Below are positions 25,878 through 38,485 of a stretch of DNA of 64,000 bases, in pieces. This stretch comes from Paramecium tetraurelia (Eukaryota), in assembly GCA_000165425.1 (NCBI GenBank), contig CT868241.1:434001-498000 (forward strand), written 5' to 3'. The position numbers and the translations under genes were made by a program. Under the pieces are notes generated by a model, which saw only the letters and a program-made list of their open reading frames with translations, was not told the origin of the DNA and made no database searches. Each line of letters opens with the position of its first letter. Positions within the stretch are counted from its first letter, which is position 1.

Positions 25878-28800
25878 TCACAATTTGACCCACTTGGCTA
25901 AAATGAATAGCAAGGCATCAATCATTATTGGTTTCTACAAGCAATCATGAAATTGTAGTTTCTTTATAGCGAGTTTGCTCTCTTCATCTTAAAATCCAAT
26001 CAATCCAATTAGTCTTGTATCTTTCTAATATTCTGCCAATACAGCCTTTATTTTAGCACAATCAGAACTGAATTGTTCATTCACAAACTCCACTCCCACG
26101 AACACGATGTGATACCCTTTACAACAGGTCTTAAATTGTGAAAATTGCTTCCTTAATTAATCAACAATATGCAATCTCTGCATTGTGTAAATGTACGGAA
26201 TTTTGAGATTGCTCAGTTGATGAGATATAGCATATAAATCAAAGTCATTCTATTCGCAAATTAGAACCTTTGGACACTAAAATTGAATTACTATAATATA
26301 CTTGACATTTGTAAACGAATTACTACTACTTGATTCTTTCCATCTTTTCAAAACAATCCAATAACTCATTTGGCCCTAGATTTACTGAGGATATCCTCAT
26401 CGAAGAATACACCGATGAACGTCCTCCAAAAGTTAATAGGGAATCTCTTTATTTAGACGAAAGCTATTATGAAACTTAAGGACTCAACCTTGATTAGATA
26501 ATACTAACCGAAATTTTTCTTGCTTTTGGTTCTTTAACACGAATGAAAGTATCAAGAAATTAAGAAGGTTTTTGCTGCTTTTCTATTTTCTCTATTTTAT
26601 CGTTTATTTGAAGACTTGATTTGCTAGATTGTATATCACCATCACATTCTCCTTTGTTCATCTCATCCTTAGAGTCTGATGATGAGGAACTCTATTACGA
26701 GTCGTCCTATTCTGAGATTTAAGAAACAGAGTAAGATTTGTCAGGCTATTGATTGTCAGACGCTTCAGATTGTCCAAACTAAGGCAACTGAGGCTCAATC
26801 TTGCCGGATATAGTCTCTTCCTGAGATTCTCTTTTCATTTTCTTCAGTTTCTCCTACACCTAAATTCTGCATATTTCTGTTAACCTTTATGACTAATGCC
26901 TCTTGAATTGACTGCTCTAACCAAACACCTAATGGAATTGAGACTTGTTTGCAACCAACGCAGATTACCTTTTTTGTGTTAGTTGCTTATTGAAATTGGG
27001 ATTCTCATTTTTTATCAATAAAATAAAGTAAAACTAAGTGCCATCGCCAGTCTTTATTGAATTAAACTCAAAAGGCATGATAGCCACAGCCATAGATATG
27101 TAGAATGCCGTAATTATGGAAAAACAGTATTATTTAGATGTTGCAACAATATCTATCACCTATTTACTAACTAAAGTCTGTTGTTTTAGATGCTTCAGAG
27201 TTTGTTCGACACTTTCGAGAATCCCTTCGTTTACACTTTAAGCCATGACTTTGATGATAATTTCAATGTGATCAGTCAATAGAGGTGATTTTTAACAAGA
27301 AATCTCTATGCTCCCATTTATTGTAACCTAGATAGACTTGACTATTAAAATAACACAAATATTAATACTTAACAAATTCAATACAATTTGTCTAACTCTA
27401 TTGGGATCAGTTCTGAGAAACATTGGAACATTTTATTTGATATGTACCTGTATATTTAGTCCTCTAAATAGTGCTTATGCCTTTATAATGTTTAGACAAT
27501 CTGAAATGAATTCTCTGGTGTGTATGTCCATTAAATTTCTGTCTAATTTATTCTTTTTATGCATAGTGACATAATCCTAAAAGTCATTTGCTGTGCTAAT
27601 TAACAGTTTGCACCCTGCCAATGCTGGATCAATGTATTTGGTTTGGAGATCCTAATTAACTTCTTTCTATTTTAGATTATTATAAATGAAATACTTAGAC
27701 CAATTCTAACATGGACAAAGTACAATTCAACGGTTCTTTCATTTTCTGGGAAATGGTTTGAATAACGTCATCACTATTTTTTAGGTATAATTAAAGTTGG
27801 ATAATGAATGGTTCTTCGGTTAGATCGTTTATGTACAAAATGATTTGAGGTTTATTTGAGATGATAACTGGATTCAAAATAACTTAAGTGTAAAGTTTAT
27901 CTAAAATGCTTAAATTGGAAAATTACCTTTTTTTATATAAATTTTTAAAGAAAAATCTAAAGCAAAATTAGTTAAATTAAACTTTATATGCGAAAAAGCA
28001 AGGAGATGCTCAATCAAGGTTTACACTTGCATCTTCCTACAAAAGAATTGTATCTCTTTCTTTTCCTCAGGCTAAACGTTGTCAAATTGGATGTTCTAAG
28101 TTCAAATGCATTAATATATTAGTACTCAAGGGTTTAAGTGAATTTGATGAAATTACTGATGTCTTTACTTCTGTGGAAGCTCGGGAGTATGGTACAGGAT
28201 TCTTCTGAGAGCAACCCAAAATCATACAATTCCAGTTGAGTCAACTCTGGATTTAGTTGATCATTGATTAAGACGATGTGAGACATGAATGAATTTATTA
28301 TTCTAATTGGTTGCTAAGCATTTTCAAATATGTAGATTCCACATTGGAAATTGATCAACAATAATTCATACTGTTCCTCTAGATGTTTCAAATTATTCAG
28401 ATTTTCGAACTCGTCATTAGCAATATCTGCAATGTTATTTTTTTTATTTTATGGTTCAGTCATTTCCCTCTGGGTGTTTATTTGAGCAGCCCTCTATGTG
28501 AGCAACGGGCTCAAATTCCTAGTCAAAAGAGCATCATTTGAATTTCGAGTTTAATATAAATGATAAAGCAACAAAGATTAAATCACTACATGTCCAAAGA
28601 TTATCCTAGTAGATCCCATAACTTCGATGGTATTAGTGAATGCTGGGAATCTAGACAGTATTATTCAAATTGTACCTGAATAGAGAGTAGAAGAGTGAAA
28701 ACAGTATGACCAAAGTTCTGCACAGCTGAGACTCGATTGCGATCAAAAACAATATCATGATTCCATAAATTTCAAACGCCTAACTCCTTTGATCGTACTC

Positions 28801-29155
28801 ACTGGTGTAGATACGGTCATAATCAGTTTCAAACCATAATATTATTAGACTGAAATATTTGAGCATTGTGATTGTATTAATTAGAAGGGTTGTTTCTCTT
28901 TTCAATTTGCTCATTGCAATATGAAATGCTATCATCAATAAGACTTGGATCTAAAAGGATGAGTTATTCCATTACCAATATGCGATACACAAAAATCAAT
29001 TTTTGGCCCTCTATCTAGTAATTCAAAGCCTGGACTATGGTTATGAGTATGTCGAAACATTAATACAAAGACACGATTGTCATTGTGGATTTCCACAAAA
29101 TATAATTCTAATATGTCTCTGGGTTCAACTTAAAGTAATTTGATAGCATGTGCAT
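25878..29155 (-). CDS. Membrane hybrid histidine-kinase-like protein A (HisKA-HATPase-REC), catalytically degenerate
   Basis: N-terminal hydrophobic segments, then TISQKMKEPLNCTLSMLE (H-box), LLISTANDFQDY, TDPNRVRQIVLNLL, and a receiver PKVLICEQNDFDLYA..CCKGYHIVFVGVEF..KPIMIDALLFILAKWVKL. Confidence 0.85.
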
Positions 29156-29188
29156 TATTACTATATAAATTATTTATTAATTTAACAA

Positions 29189-32100
29189 TCACAATTTCAC
29201 CCACTTTGCTAATATAAACAATAAAGCATCTATCATCAATGGTTTCGATAGAAAATCATGAAATGGCAGTTTCTTAATAGCATTCCTGTTGTCGTCATCC
29301 TGAAACCCTATTAATCCTATAATCCGTGCTTCCTTCTTAAATTGAGAGTTTATATTTTTAATTAAGTTGCACTGTTCCCCTAATTCCTCATCCACGAACT
29401 CCACACTAATAAATATCAACTAGTATCCCTTGCAACAAGACTTCTCAACCTCATAGGCTGTTTTCAACTTCTCATGTATTTAGGTTCTCTACATGGTGTA
29501 ATCATAATTCATCCCAATGTTGCCAAGTTAATGAGACACAGCATACAAGTCGAAATCATTTTATTCGCAAATCAATATCCTTGGACACTTTAAAATATAA
29601 CACTATATGTCTTACTTAACACTTTTAAGTATACTTCTGTTGTTTAATTCTTTCCATCTTCTCAAAACAATCAATTAAGTCATTTGGTTGCATAATACTA
29701 GCCGAATATCTCATTGACGAGAACATACTTGATCTTCCCCCAAAGGTTAAGATTGAGTCTCTTCTGCTGGGCGTTATGTTATTATTGTAAGTATAGGCTA
29801 TCGATTATTGCATAACCACCAAAGGAGATTCATTTTCATTCAACTTTCCAGTCTCATTTGTCTATTTGTAAAGGAATTAATCTAATTGAACTCCTACATC
29901 TAAACTGTTATGGGAACTTTCATTTTCTCCTTTGGATTCCTTCGATTCCTGTTCTGAAACTATAGAAATATCAGATTTTGAATGAGAAATTATCTATTTG
30001 ATCTTTTTACTTTAATCCTATGACTTTATGGTCTTAAAAGTAGGCAAAAAGTCTACATCAATGTCCCCTTGGGATGTTCTAGGTACTATGAAACGAGATT
30101 GGTTTTATTATCCAAAAGATGTGGATAATTTAATTGCTGAATCTTTCCTTTGGGATTAAGTGGCTAAAACTTAAGATTGTGATTGTAATTTTTATTATGA
30201 CTATTGTGACTACTACTACTTATTTTTCTACTTTTCTAATTATCCTTGGATTGTTATGCTTGCTTTATCAAATAGACTTTATCGGGATGATTGATGTCTT
30301 CTGAATCCTTGATCAATTGAAAAGGACTACTTAAAGCTTTGCTGTTAAAAGCTGAGAGCAGATTGTCTTTTGAAATTTAATTGTTATGAGAAATTCGGAT
30401 TTTTGTTTTAAATTTAAATTTTGAAACAAAACTCTTCATGATCTAAATTTTTCTCGTAATGATACTCAAAAGGGATTGTTGAAATACTGAGTGATAAACA
30501 AAATGCTATCAATATAGATTGACTATATTTTCGACCTGCATTTGCCAAATCAATCATTGTAGAGGCCAACAAATTCTGGGATTTAAAAAACCTCACAGTT
30601 TTATCAATTGTTTTTAACACCGATTAATTAATTTCTGATGCATTCACTTTAATCAAGAGTTCAATGTGATCCTACATCAAAGTGGATTTGCTGGCTGATA
30701 CAGTGATAGTTCCATTTATTGTTGCCTAAATCGAACTTACCAATAAGTTTAACAAGATCTATCTTAATCTATTGGGATCTGTCCTAAAAAAAGCAGGTAC
30801 ATTGTGTCGGACATTCACTTAGATCTGCAATCCTCTGAATAAAGCCTAAGATTTTATTATGTTTATTGAATCAGTAATGAATTCCCTAATTTATGATTAT
30901 TTCTAATGGGTACCTTATGTGAACATCCATTTGGCATAGTTCCAGCTTCCCTTTCTTTCGTATCGTAACGTAGTCAAGAATATCATTGGCTGTACTGATC
31001 AATAATTTACAACCTGCAAGTGCTGGGTTCAAAAACTTTTCTTGGATTTCAAATGGAACTGAGTGCTAAGTTGAAGTAGAATAAAATACAATCGTAATTT
31101 CCAACATTGAAATTGTGCAATTCAAAGGTTGTTTAATCTTCTATGATATATCTGAGACTAATTAATCACTATTTTGATTATATTAATTCAATTATGTCAT
31201 GAAGGGTTCATCTGTAAGATCTGATACAAATAGTATTAATTAAGGTCTGTGTCTTTGTAATATGGGGGAGAGTACAACACTTGTATATAGATTATCTATA
31301 GTCATATGATTATGTTTATATACCTTTTTTGAGGTATATTTTAAGTGAGAAATCTATCAAATTTTAACATTGATTGAATTTGAAATGCTGGAAGGGCAGT
31401 AGATGTTCAATCAGGGTTTTAATTTTCATGGATTTATGAAAAAATTGGACCTCTTTTAATCCAATGTTTCCATTCTCATAATTTATGTTCTAAGCACAAT
31501 AATAATAAGAAAAATTCATACTCAAGTGTTTGCATAAATTTGATAAAGTTTCCGATGTCCTTGCTTCTGTGGAATTTAGGCAACACTGTTAGATTGTCCT
31601 CAAAGGAAATCCCAAAGTCAAACATTTCATAATTCAAAAACTCATCACTTAATTGATCATCCTTCAACACCAGATGGGACATGTAAGGATTGATAGATTT
31701 AACTGCACTCTGCAAGTTGTCCAGAATGAATATGCCTATTTGTATATTATTTAAGACATTCTCGTAAAATTAGTCTAGGTTCTACCTCTCAGTGTCCAAT
31801 CTGTTTTCTTCTGATACTGCAACTTCGTTTTCTTTAAGTTACTGCTTCAATCTCTGGGTGACATCATAATTTTATTGATTTATGTAGGTAGAAAGTCGCA
31901 ATTATTAATTCAGTTGAGAATGCCTATTACTTTGCATAGGAACATAGTTTTTTGACTACTGACCCAACATTACAAGTTGATTGTTTAATTTCTACTTCTG
32001 TTGCGGCAGTTATAACAAAAATATTTGAATAGCCACATGGATTAATACTATCCTAATTGAAGAAAGAATATCAATTTTATTTTAGAATAGCTAGATTCTA

Positions 32101-32604
32101 TTCTGTTATGATATATTTATACCGAAAAAGAGAGTAGAATAACGAAAATAATAGAGATATTGTTTAACATATTTAAGATTCCTGCAATATCACCAAAGCC
32201 AACAACAGGATGTATATTTCAGCTGTATAACTAGTATAAGGTTTCTATATTTCATTAAATAAATAATAGTCAGTTTCAGTCCAGCATATAAAAAGTGAAA
32301 TAAAATATATAAATGTAGCAACATTTAGAAACCCATTCCTTATTTTTCTTAAACACTTAAAAATATGCCAAAATACTAACAGTAATCCAGCTTGAACCTA
32401 CAATTTTAATATATGTCATACAATTATTCTAGCTATCATCATTATTCTTGTTCCATCCACACTTTAAGTACTTACATCTACGATATTGATTATCATATCA
32501 AAAAGTTGGTAAATTGAAATAATATTTATTACTTTGGTGTGCTGATAAATGTTCGTATAAGGCTATGAGTAGATGTAAAAATAACCCTTAAGATTGTCTA
32601 TCAT
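29189..32604 (-). CDS. Membrane hybrid histidine-kinase-like protein B, tandem paralog, catalytically degenerate
   Basis: It reads DISQKIKQPLNCTISMLE, LLISTANDILDY and TDPNRLRQILLNLLVSS, with a receiver PRILICEQNDFDLYA..CCKGYQLIFISVEF..SKPLMIDALLFILAKWVKL. Confidence 0.85.
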
Positions 32605-33240
32605 AAGATTAAGAGATTTATATAAATTATTTTATTTGATGTGACATAATTAAATATCACAAGAAAAATATATCAATACACATAACTTTATTCTAATTCG
32701 AAATAGATATCACAAATATTATGAAGATAAATTTACTAAAATAATTAAAGACTTAATGAGAATAAGAATAATCTTGTACATACTATCTATTAACAACTAT
32801 TATCTCTTAGCTATAAAGTAACATTTCAAAATTTATAGGCATAAACTAAATTAGAATTTCTAATCCATAAGTAATTTATAAATTGAATTGATTAAATGAA
32901 TTTGTTAATCAATTCATTGATTTCTAAGTCTCTCTTTCCCATTGAAATTAATTTAAATCAACAATGAATTAAGTGGTTGTGGGGCTGACCAAAATCTGGT
33001 TCTACTAATCTGAATAAAGGGAGGGAATGTAATGAGAATAGAAATTTTAAATAGCAACTTGGACTTTTTATAATTTAATTTATAATTCAGTATACAAAAA
33101 ACAAATAGTAAAATTGATATTTAGATTTTGTTCAAAAATGCGTCATAAAAAATAAATTAGATCTTGAAGAGCGATATTGTGACTAAGTTTATATTGAATA
33201 TGTGGAGATTTATATTTGTCAATATTTTAATTATTTTGTC

Positions 33241-34193
33241 ATGGATACTCAATTTTTTACAAGCAGCACAAGGTAAGATTTGAAATCTATTGAATTAGCA
33301 TGAGTTCATCATCTTCCTCAAGTTCGAGGAAAGGATCATAAGAATGCTTTAGTGATTTTGGAATCGAGAAAAAATCTAGGAAAAGTAAAAAAAGTGCTAA
33401 ACGAAGTTGCTCCTTTGCCTTAGGTTCAGTGACTGAAGAATCAGAGGACATTGAAGATTATTTGGTATGACAACCTTTGATCTGATATTAGTTGAGTCGT
33501 TTCACACACATCTAAATGCCCAATGATAATAATGAATTTAGAGAACGAATTCCCCCAAGATTAAAAAGGACTGAAAAATATCAAAAAAGACGAGCTTCCT
33601 TGAGTCCACATGGAACAAATGGTTTAGCAAAGGTTGAAGAAGTGATTGGAGAAGATGATGAATTAAAAAACAAATGCATCTTTAAACTTGGTTTAATGTT
33701 GGACAAAGATGAATTCAATGATAAGAGAAGAAGACTGTTATAGTCTAAAGATAGAATTAACATTGAAAAAGCAACAACAACAAATTTAACAATTTTAGAA
33801 GATGCCCAAGAAAATGTCAAAGAATTTCAATAACATGTCATGAGTCCGACTTATAAATTAAAAGTTGATGAAGTTGACTTCGAATAAGAAAAAAAACAAT
33901 GGCAACCTCAAGAAATAATAGAAGTCATTGAAGAAGAAAAACCAGATAATGTAGTCAATATTAAAGAAAAGGAAATGTTTTAAAAAAGTAATAGCATTAT
34001 AAATAACATCATAGTTAAAAAGATTTTACATGAAGAAAGAGATTTCTTAAAACGAATTTTAAAAGGGGAGTTAATTTAATAAGAAGATATTGTAAAAAAA
34101 TAATAATTCCAATCAGAAGTAGGTGAAACATATTGGAATTAATTAATTTAGGAAGCTGAAGAATAAGTCAATAGTGATGAAGACTAGTAATGA
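33241..34193 (+). CDS. Hypothetical protein (Ser-rich N-terminus, acidic/coiled-coil C-terminus)
   Basis: MDTQFFTSST|SMSSSSSS... continues through ORF 33516-33743 with two tiny introns. TGA at 34191-34193. Confidence 0.7.
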
Positions 34194-34237
34194 ATTGTTA
34201 ATTTATTATATATTTCTAATTGAGTAGTAATTAAATA

Positions 34238-35295
34238 TCAGTCATTTGCTTTACTCAATTCTTAGAAGGTTAGCGCAATTTTCTCTGAAATCTCATATTC
34301 AAATCCTTCAATGTTATTGTGATTCATATTAGAGAATAATTCCTATCGTGCATTTTGATTTTAATTATATAATCTAAAATTAAGATAAAGTCTTTACTTT
34401 CTTTAAAGGAAAATTGAATGATGAGAAGGTATGAGAGTATCATCAACACCATGTATAAATAGAGCAGGACATCGAACTTTTGCAATGTTCTCTTCATTGT
34501 TAAATCTTTCATCCATGATAGCACTGACAAAGAATCCAACACCAAAAACCATTCCTCTTACAAGTTATTTGATAGACCTGTAAGCAGAAATAGTAACTAA
34601 ACCTCTGCAATTTTTTTAAGAAGCAACATGGATAGCTGGTCCTGTTCCTATTGATCTATTTTTATTTAAAAATGGATACCTCCCAAAAATGTATATTTGA
34701 CTATCATCTAACTTATTTTCTTCTTTGATTTACTCGTATGCCAGAATGGAATCTTCTAAAATTATCTTGGCATTTGTTTCAGTATATTAATAAATTCCAT
34801 ATTTAGGATATTCTATTAAGAATGCATGAAACTTCAAAGACTTCATAAGCTTCCTTACAAGATGTGCTGCATCATCACTACATAGATAATCGGATCACTT
34901 ACATGTTCTCCCCATTTCCATGAAAATAGATGACATAGTATTTCGTATTTGGATACAGTTCGTTTCTAAGGAAGGCGTAAGGGACAATTCTATTAAATTC
35001 AATATTATTGCACCTCTAATTTTGATTGCCTTCTCCTGCTATGAAACTAATATGCATAAAATATACCATTTCTTCTAACAACACTAAAGTATTTAACTTC
35101 TTAAGCGTTTAAGCTCTGGTATTCTTTGCATGATCTTGCTGGAAAAATCAGTCTATCCAGTATTCTTTCTATATAGCGTTTTATTCCTTTAAACGCTGAA
35201 CGGCATCTCATTTGTGTGGTTAAGCAAATTATCAAAGTAATGATAGACATAATAAATGTTATTATTAAGCAGAGTTTTAGAGTAAAGTTTTCCAT
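34238..35295 (-). CDS. Alpha/beta hydrolase (ABHD13/ABHD17-like) with N-terminal TM anchor
   Basis: It reads LIFPA, YFHGNG, EYPKYGIY, FG|RSIGTGPA (nucleophile Ser), LFIHGVDD and MNHN. Confidence 0.85.
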
Positions 35296-35348
35296 TAATT
35301 CTATTATCTTTTTATCCAGGTTTATATTAAAAAATATATAATAAAAAT

Positions 35349-36376
35349 TCATGAAAACTTCTTCTATTTTAAATCAGTGAAACCTTCTAATATTGGGCAT
35401 GCAATATCTTCATCGATGTCATATTCATTGTGTGTCATTCTTGGCCTCAAATTAAGATTTGATTTTTATTAAATTGAAACAGGAAGACTTAAGTTATAAA
35501 AATGATCATACTTTTAATAGATTTCCTAAGAATGATGTGATAGAATCAGAGGATCATCCAATCCATGAATCAATACTATAGGACATTTAATATCTTACGA
35601 CCTTTCTAAATTTCTGAAGAAATTAGGCAAGCAACACAATAGGTTGAGAATGCATCCACAACCATTGCAAAAATCACTTATGATATGTCTAATTGATTTA
35701 TAAGCTGACATTGTTATTAATCCTCTTATATTTCTTTGACTTGCCAAATAAAATGAAGGTCCCGTGCCGATTGATCTTAATACTAATAAATAGTACCTTC
35801 CAAAGATATAGATTTATTCATCTTGCAATTTGAACTCCTTTTTAATTTCATCATAATAAACTAATGCATCTTGTTCAATTAGGGTTGAAGTTGGTTTAAC
35901 ATTCCTATAAATACCATAACCTGGATATTCTATAACAAATATATTTGCATTTATCATTTTCATTAAATACTCCATAAATTAAGCGGCTGCCCACCTAAGT
36001 CTATCAAATATAACATGTACATGTCTTCAGCATTGCCATGAAAATATATTATATATAAATTCGTTTCTGAATACTTATTTTTAATATAGACATATGGAAG
36101 GCTTCTGACTTTTTCAAGATTTAATGAATATTCAGTTGGTTTTCCATTAACTACGTTTATTTTAGTTTTACCCAAATTACCATCTTAATTGTAAAGGTTT
36201 GCAAAATAAAGTTTGTCCTCAAAATATTTTTCTTCATACATAGGAGTTGGAGCTGGAAATATAATATTGTTAATCTTTCCAAAACAATGTAAGATGATCA
36301 AAACAAGTAAGTACAGTCCAATAAATATACTGAACACAACAATAAGTGCAATATGAGAAGAGTCTTGATCACTCAT
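35349..36376 (-). CDS. Alpha/beta hydrolase (ABHD13/ABHD17-like), tandem paralog
   Basis: It reads IIFPAP, YFHGNAED, IEYPGYGIY, FG|RSIGTGPS, LIHGLDD and MTHNE. Confidence 0.88.
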
Positions 36377-36607
36377 TTTGTTAGATAAATAAATATATTA
36401 ATAAATTATTAGTAACTTACAAATTCAGGGGAAATGGTTAACATAGTTCATCTATTAAATTTATTGATTTATGGCTGTTTTGGTTATTTGAGAATTTATT
36501 AACATATTGTAACTGAATGCATGTTAAAAATTATATTAATAAAATTGCATAATCAAGACCATTATGTGAGTAATTATTAAACTTTTTAAACTAACTTAAT
36601 AAAGAAG

Positions 36608-37069
36608 TCAAAATTCAAAAGATCTGACAAGTCCCTTATTTTTTTATGTTGATGGTCTCAAACCCGATAAATTATAAAAATATTGTTTTGTTTAGTTCCA
36701 CTCCTTGTCATATTATTGCTTTGAATACGATGATTTTTTTGTTGTAATATGTTTAAATAATATTAAATTATCTCTTCTAATTTATTCTTGTTCAGTTTTC
36801 TTTCGTGTATTTAAGCTGCTTATTCTCTTTGGCTTATCCAACTTGATATTAGTGCTATTCATAATATTGGTGATCTTCTCCAATAACAGTCTATTGTCCT
36901 TCTCAATTTAAGTGTATCTATCTTCCAAAATCTACACTTTCTTCATGTTCGGTATCCGATCAACAGTTCTGGGAATAGTTATGAGTGGTCCTATTTACTA
37001 AAGTCGGCTGTATCCATCCAGCATCTCCTTTTCTTACATTACTCTAATATGAGGTTTTGGTCTGTGCAT
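36608..37069 (-). CDS. CFAP97/KIAA1430-like cilia-associated protein
   Basis: LEDRYTQIEKDNRLLLEKITNI..SSLNTRKKTEQEQIRRDNLILFKHI..SYSKQQYDKEW resembles the family pattern. Confidence 0.65.
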
Positions 37070-37143
37070 AAACTATTTAATGTGGTAGTAGTTATTGTTT
37101 ATATATAATATTTGTAATAAATGTGAATCATTTAATATTATAC

Positions 37144-38464
37144 TCATTATTTTTTTAATAAAGCAACTTCTAATTCCTCAGTCAATAATTATTGTTCCTA
37201 AAATGAATCATATAGTTTCGACTTTATAGCTGGGTTAAACTTCTAATAATGCTTTAAGATGAAGTCAATAAAGAATTGTTGGATTTGCTTAGGGAACTAA
37301 TGAAAAATCTAACATTATTTATTTGTTTCCTTACTTTTTAGCAATCTAAAATCAACATTTAAACTGCTGTAACGTTGACACTCTAGATTATTCCAACAAT
37401 ATCTCTGAAAAAGAGTTTAAAAAGGGCAGATGAAGGGTATCTGATTTTAGCAAAGCTTGAAAACATCTGCAATTTCAAAAGGTTGCTAAATTAATCATAC
37501 CTCTAAATAAATTGTTATTCAAAAAGCTTATTAATCTCTTGTGTTCCATGTCCAAATTGTTTATATAACATAAATAAGGTTGTTATATTTTATGGCTCTG
37601 TTGTTGGGATATTCATTATAGCTTGCTCTTCCAATAATTTCCAAAACTCAGGGGATCCTTTACCGAATAATGCTATTCCTGTGCCAACTCTACATTTAGA
37701 ATACTATGTGTAAACCTAATCAAATCTTAAAATTCCATCTCCGTCACTAAACTCTGTTTCTCCAACATATCAAAGATATCTTTCCTTTAAATTCTAGCCA
37801 ATATCAAACCAAAAGAGAAGTGCTTAAGATCGTTTGACTTAAAATGGTCTATTTATTGTCGGAAATTCAAAAGTAAGGATTGCTCAACCTCTTTATTCTT
37901 GGATTTTGTGTACTACGAAACTTGTCCATAGATGAACATCGCCAACCCAATTTCTGATGCATTTAAGTCAGGAGCTTATGACACAGCTGCTACAAAATTG
38001 AAATATTATTGATAAAATTATTTTGTGTAATTTCCTGACACTAATAATGATAATACGTCGAGGGTTTCTACCAAGGAAGTTTATCTAGTTCATTATGTTA
38101 TTAATGTTACTATTCTAAATATAATTAGGTGGTTCTATCAAATATTTTTTAAGCATAATTTTCATCATCAATTTATTAAGAAAAGCTTATAGATACTAAT
38201 TATCTTATTTGTAAGTTTTCGAATTAAGGCAAATAAGGCTTTAGTTGTTAAATTAAACTTGAAACCTCTTTCAAATTAATTTATTCATATACATTTTTTA
38301 TCTAATTATTTTCCTTAATGCAATTGGTTAAGTTAATTTAAAATTGCTCTATAATCATTTGCTTATGCGGTTTGAGAAAACTAATAATTGGGAATTCTCA
38401 TCCCATGAATGAATTTTTAAGATGTGCCCATTACGAAAAATAATCTAAGGTATTACCTTATCAT
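37144..38464 (-). CDS. Helical-repeat protein, possibly mitochondrial (FAST/HPR-like)
   Basis: The basic, acid-free N-terminus MIRQYLRLFFVMG.. is followed by repeats such as DLNASEIGLAMFIYGQ and GIALFGKGSPEFWKLLE. Confidence 0.55.
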
Positions 38465-38485
38465 ATTAAATTTATTAGAAAAATA

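Noticed and set aside
32970..32992. Telomerase RNA template (minus strand GTCAGCCCCACAACC) or RNase MRP GGGGCT motif
   Set aside because: The putative template does not match C4A2/C3A3 repeats, and no GAAAGTCCCC partner for MRP P4 lies at a suitable distance.
36421..36500. Possible hairpin upstream of the second hydrolase gene
   Set aside because: The pairing relies mainly on A-U and G-U pairs and is plausible by chance at this AT content.
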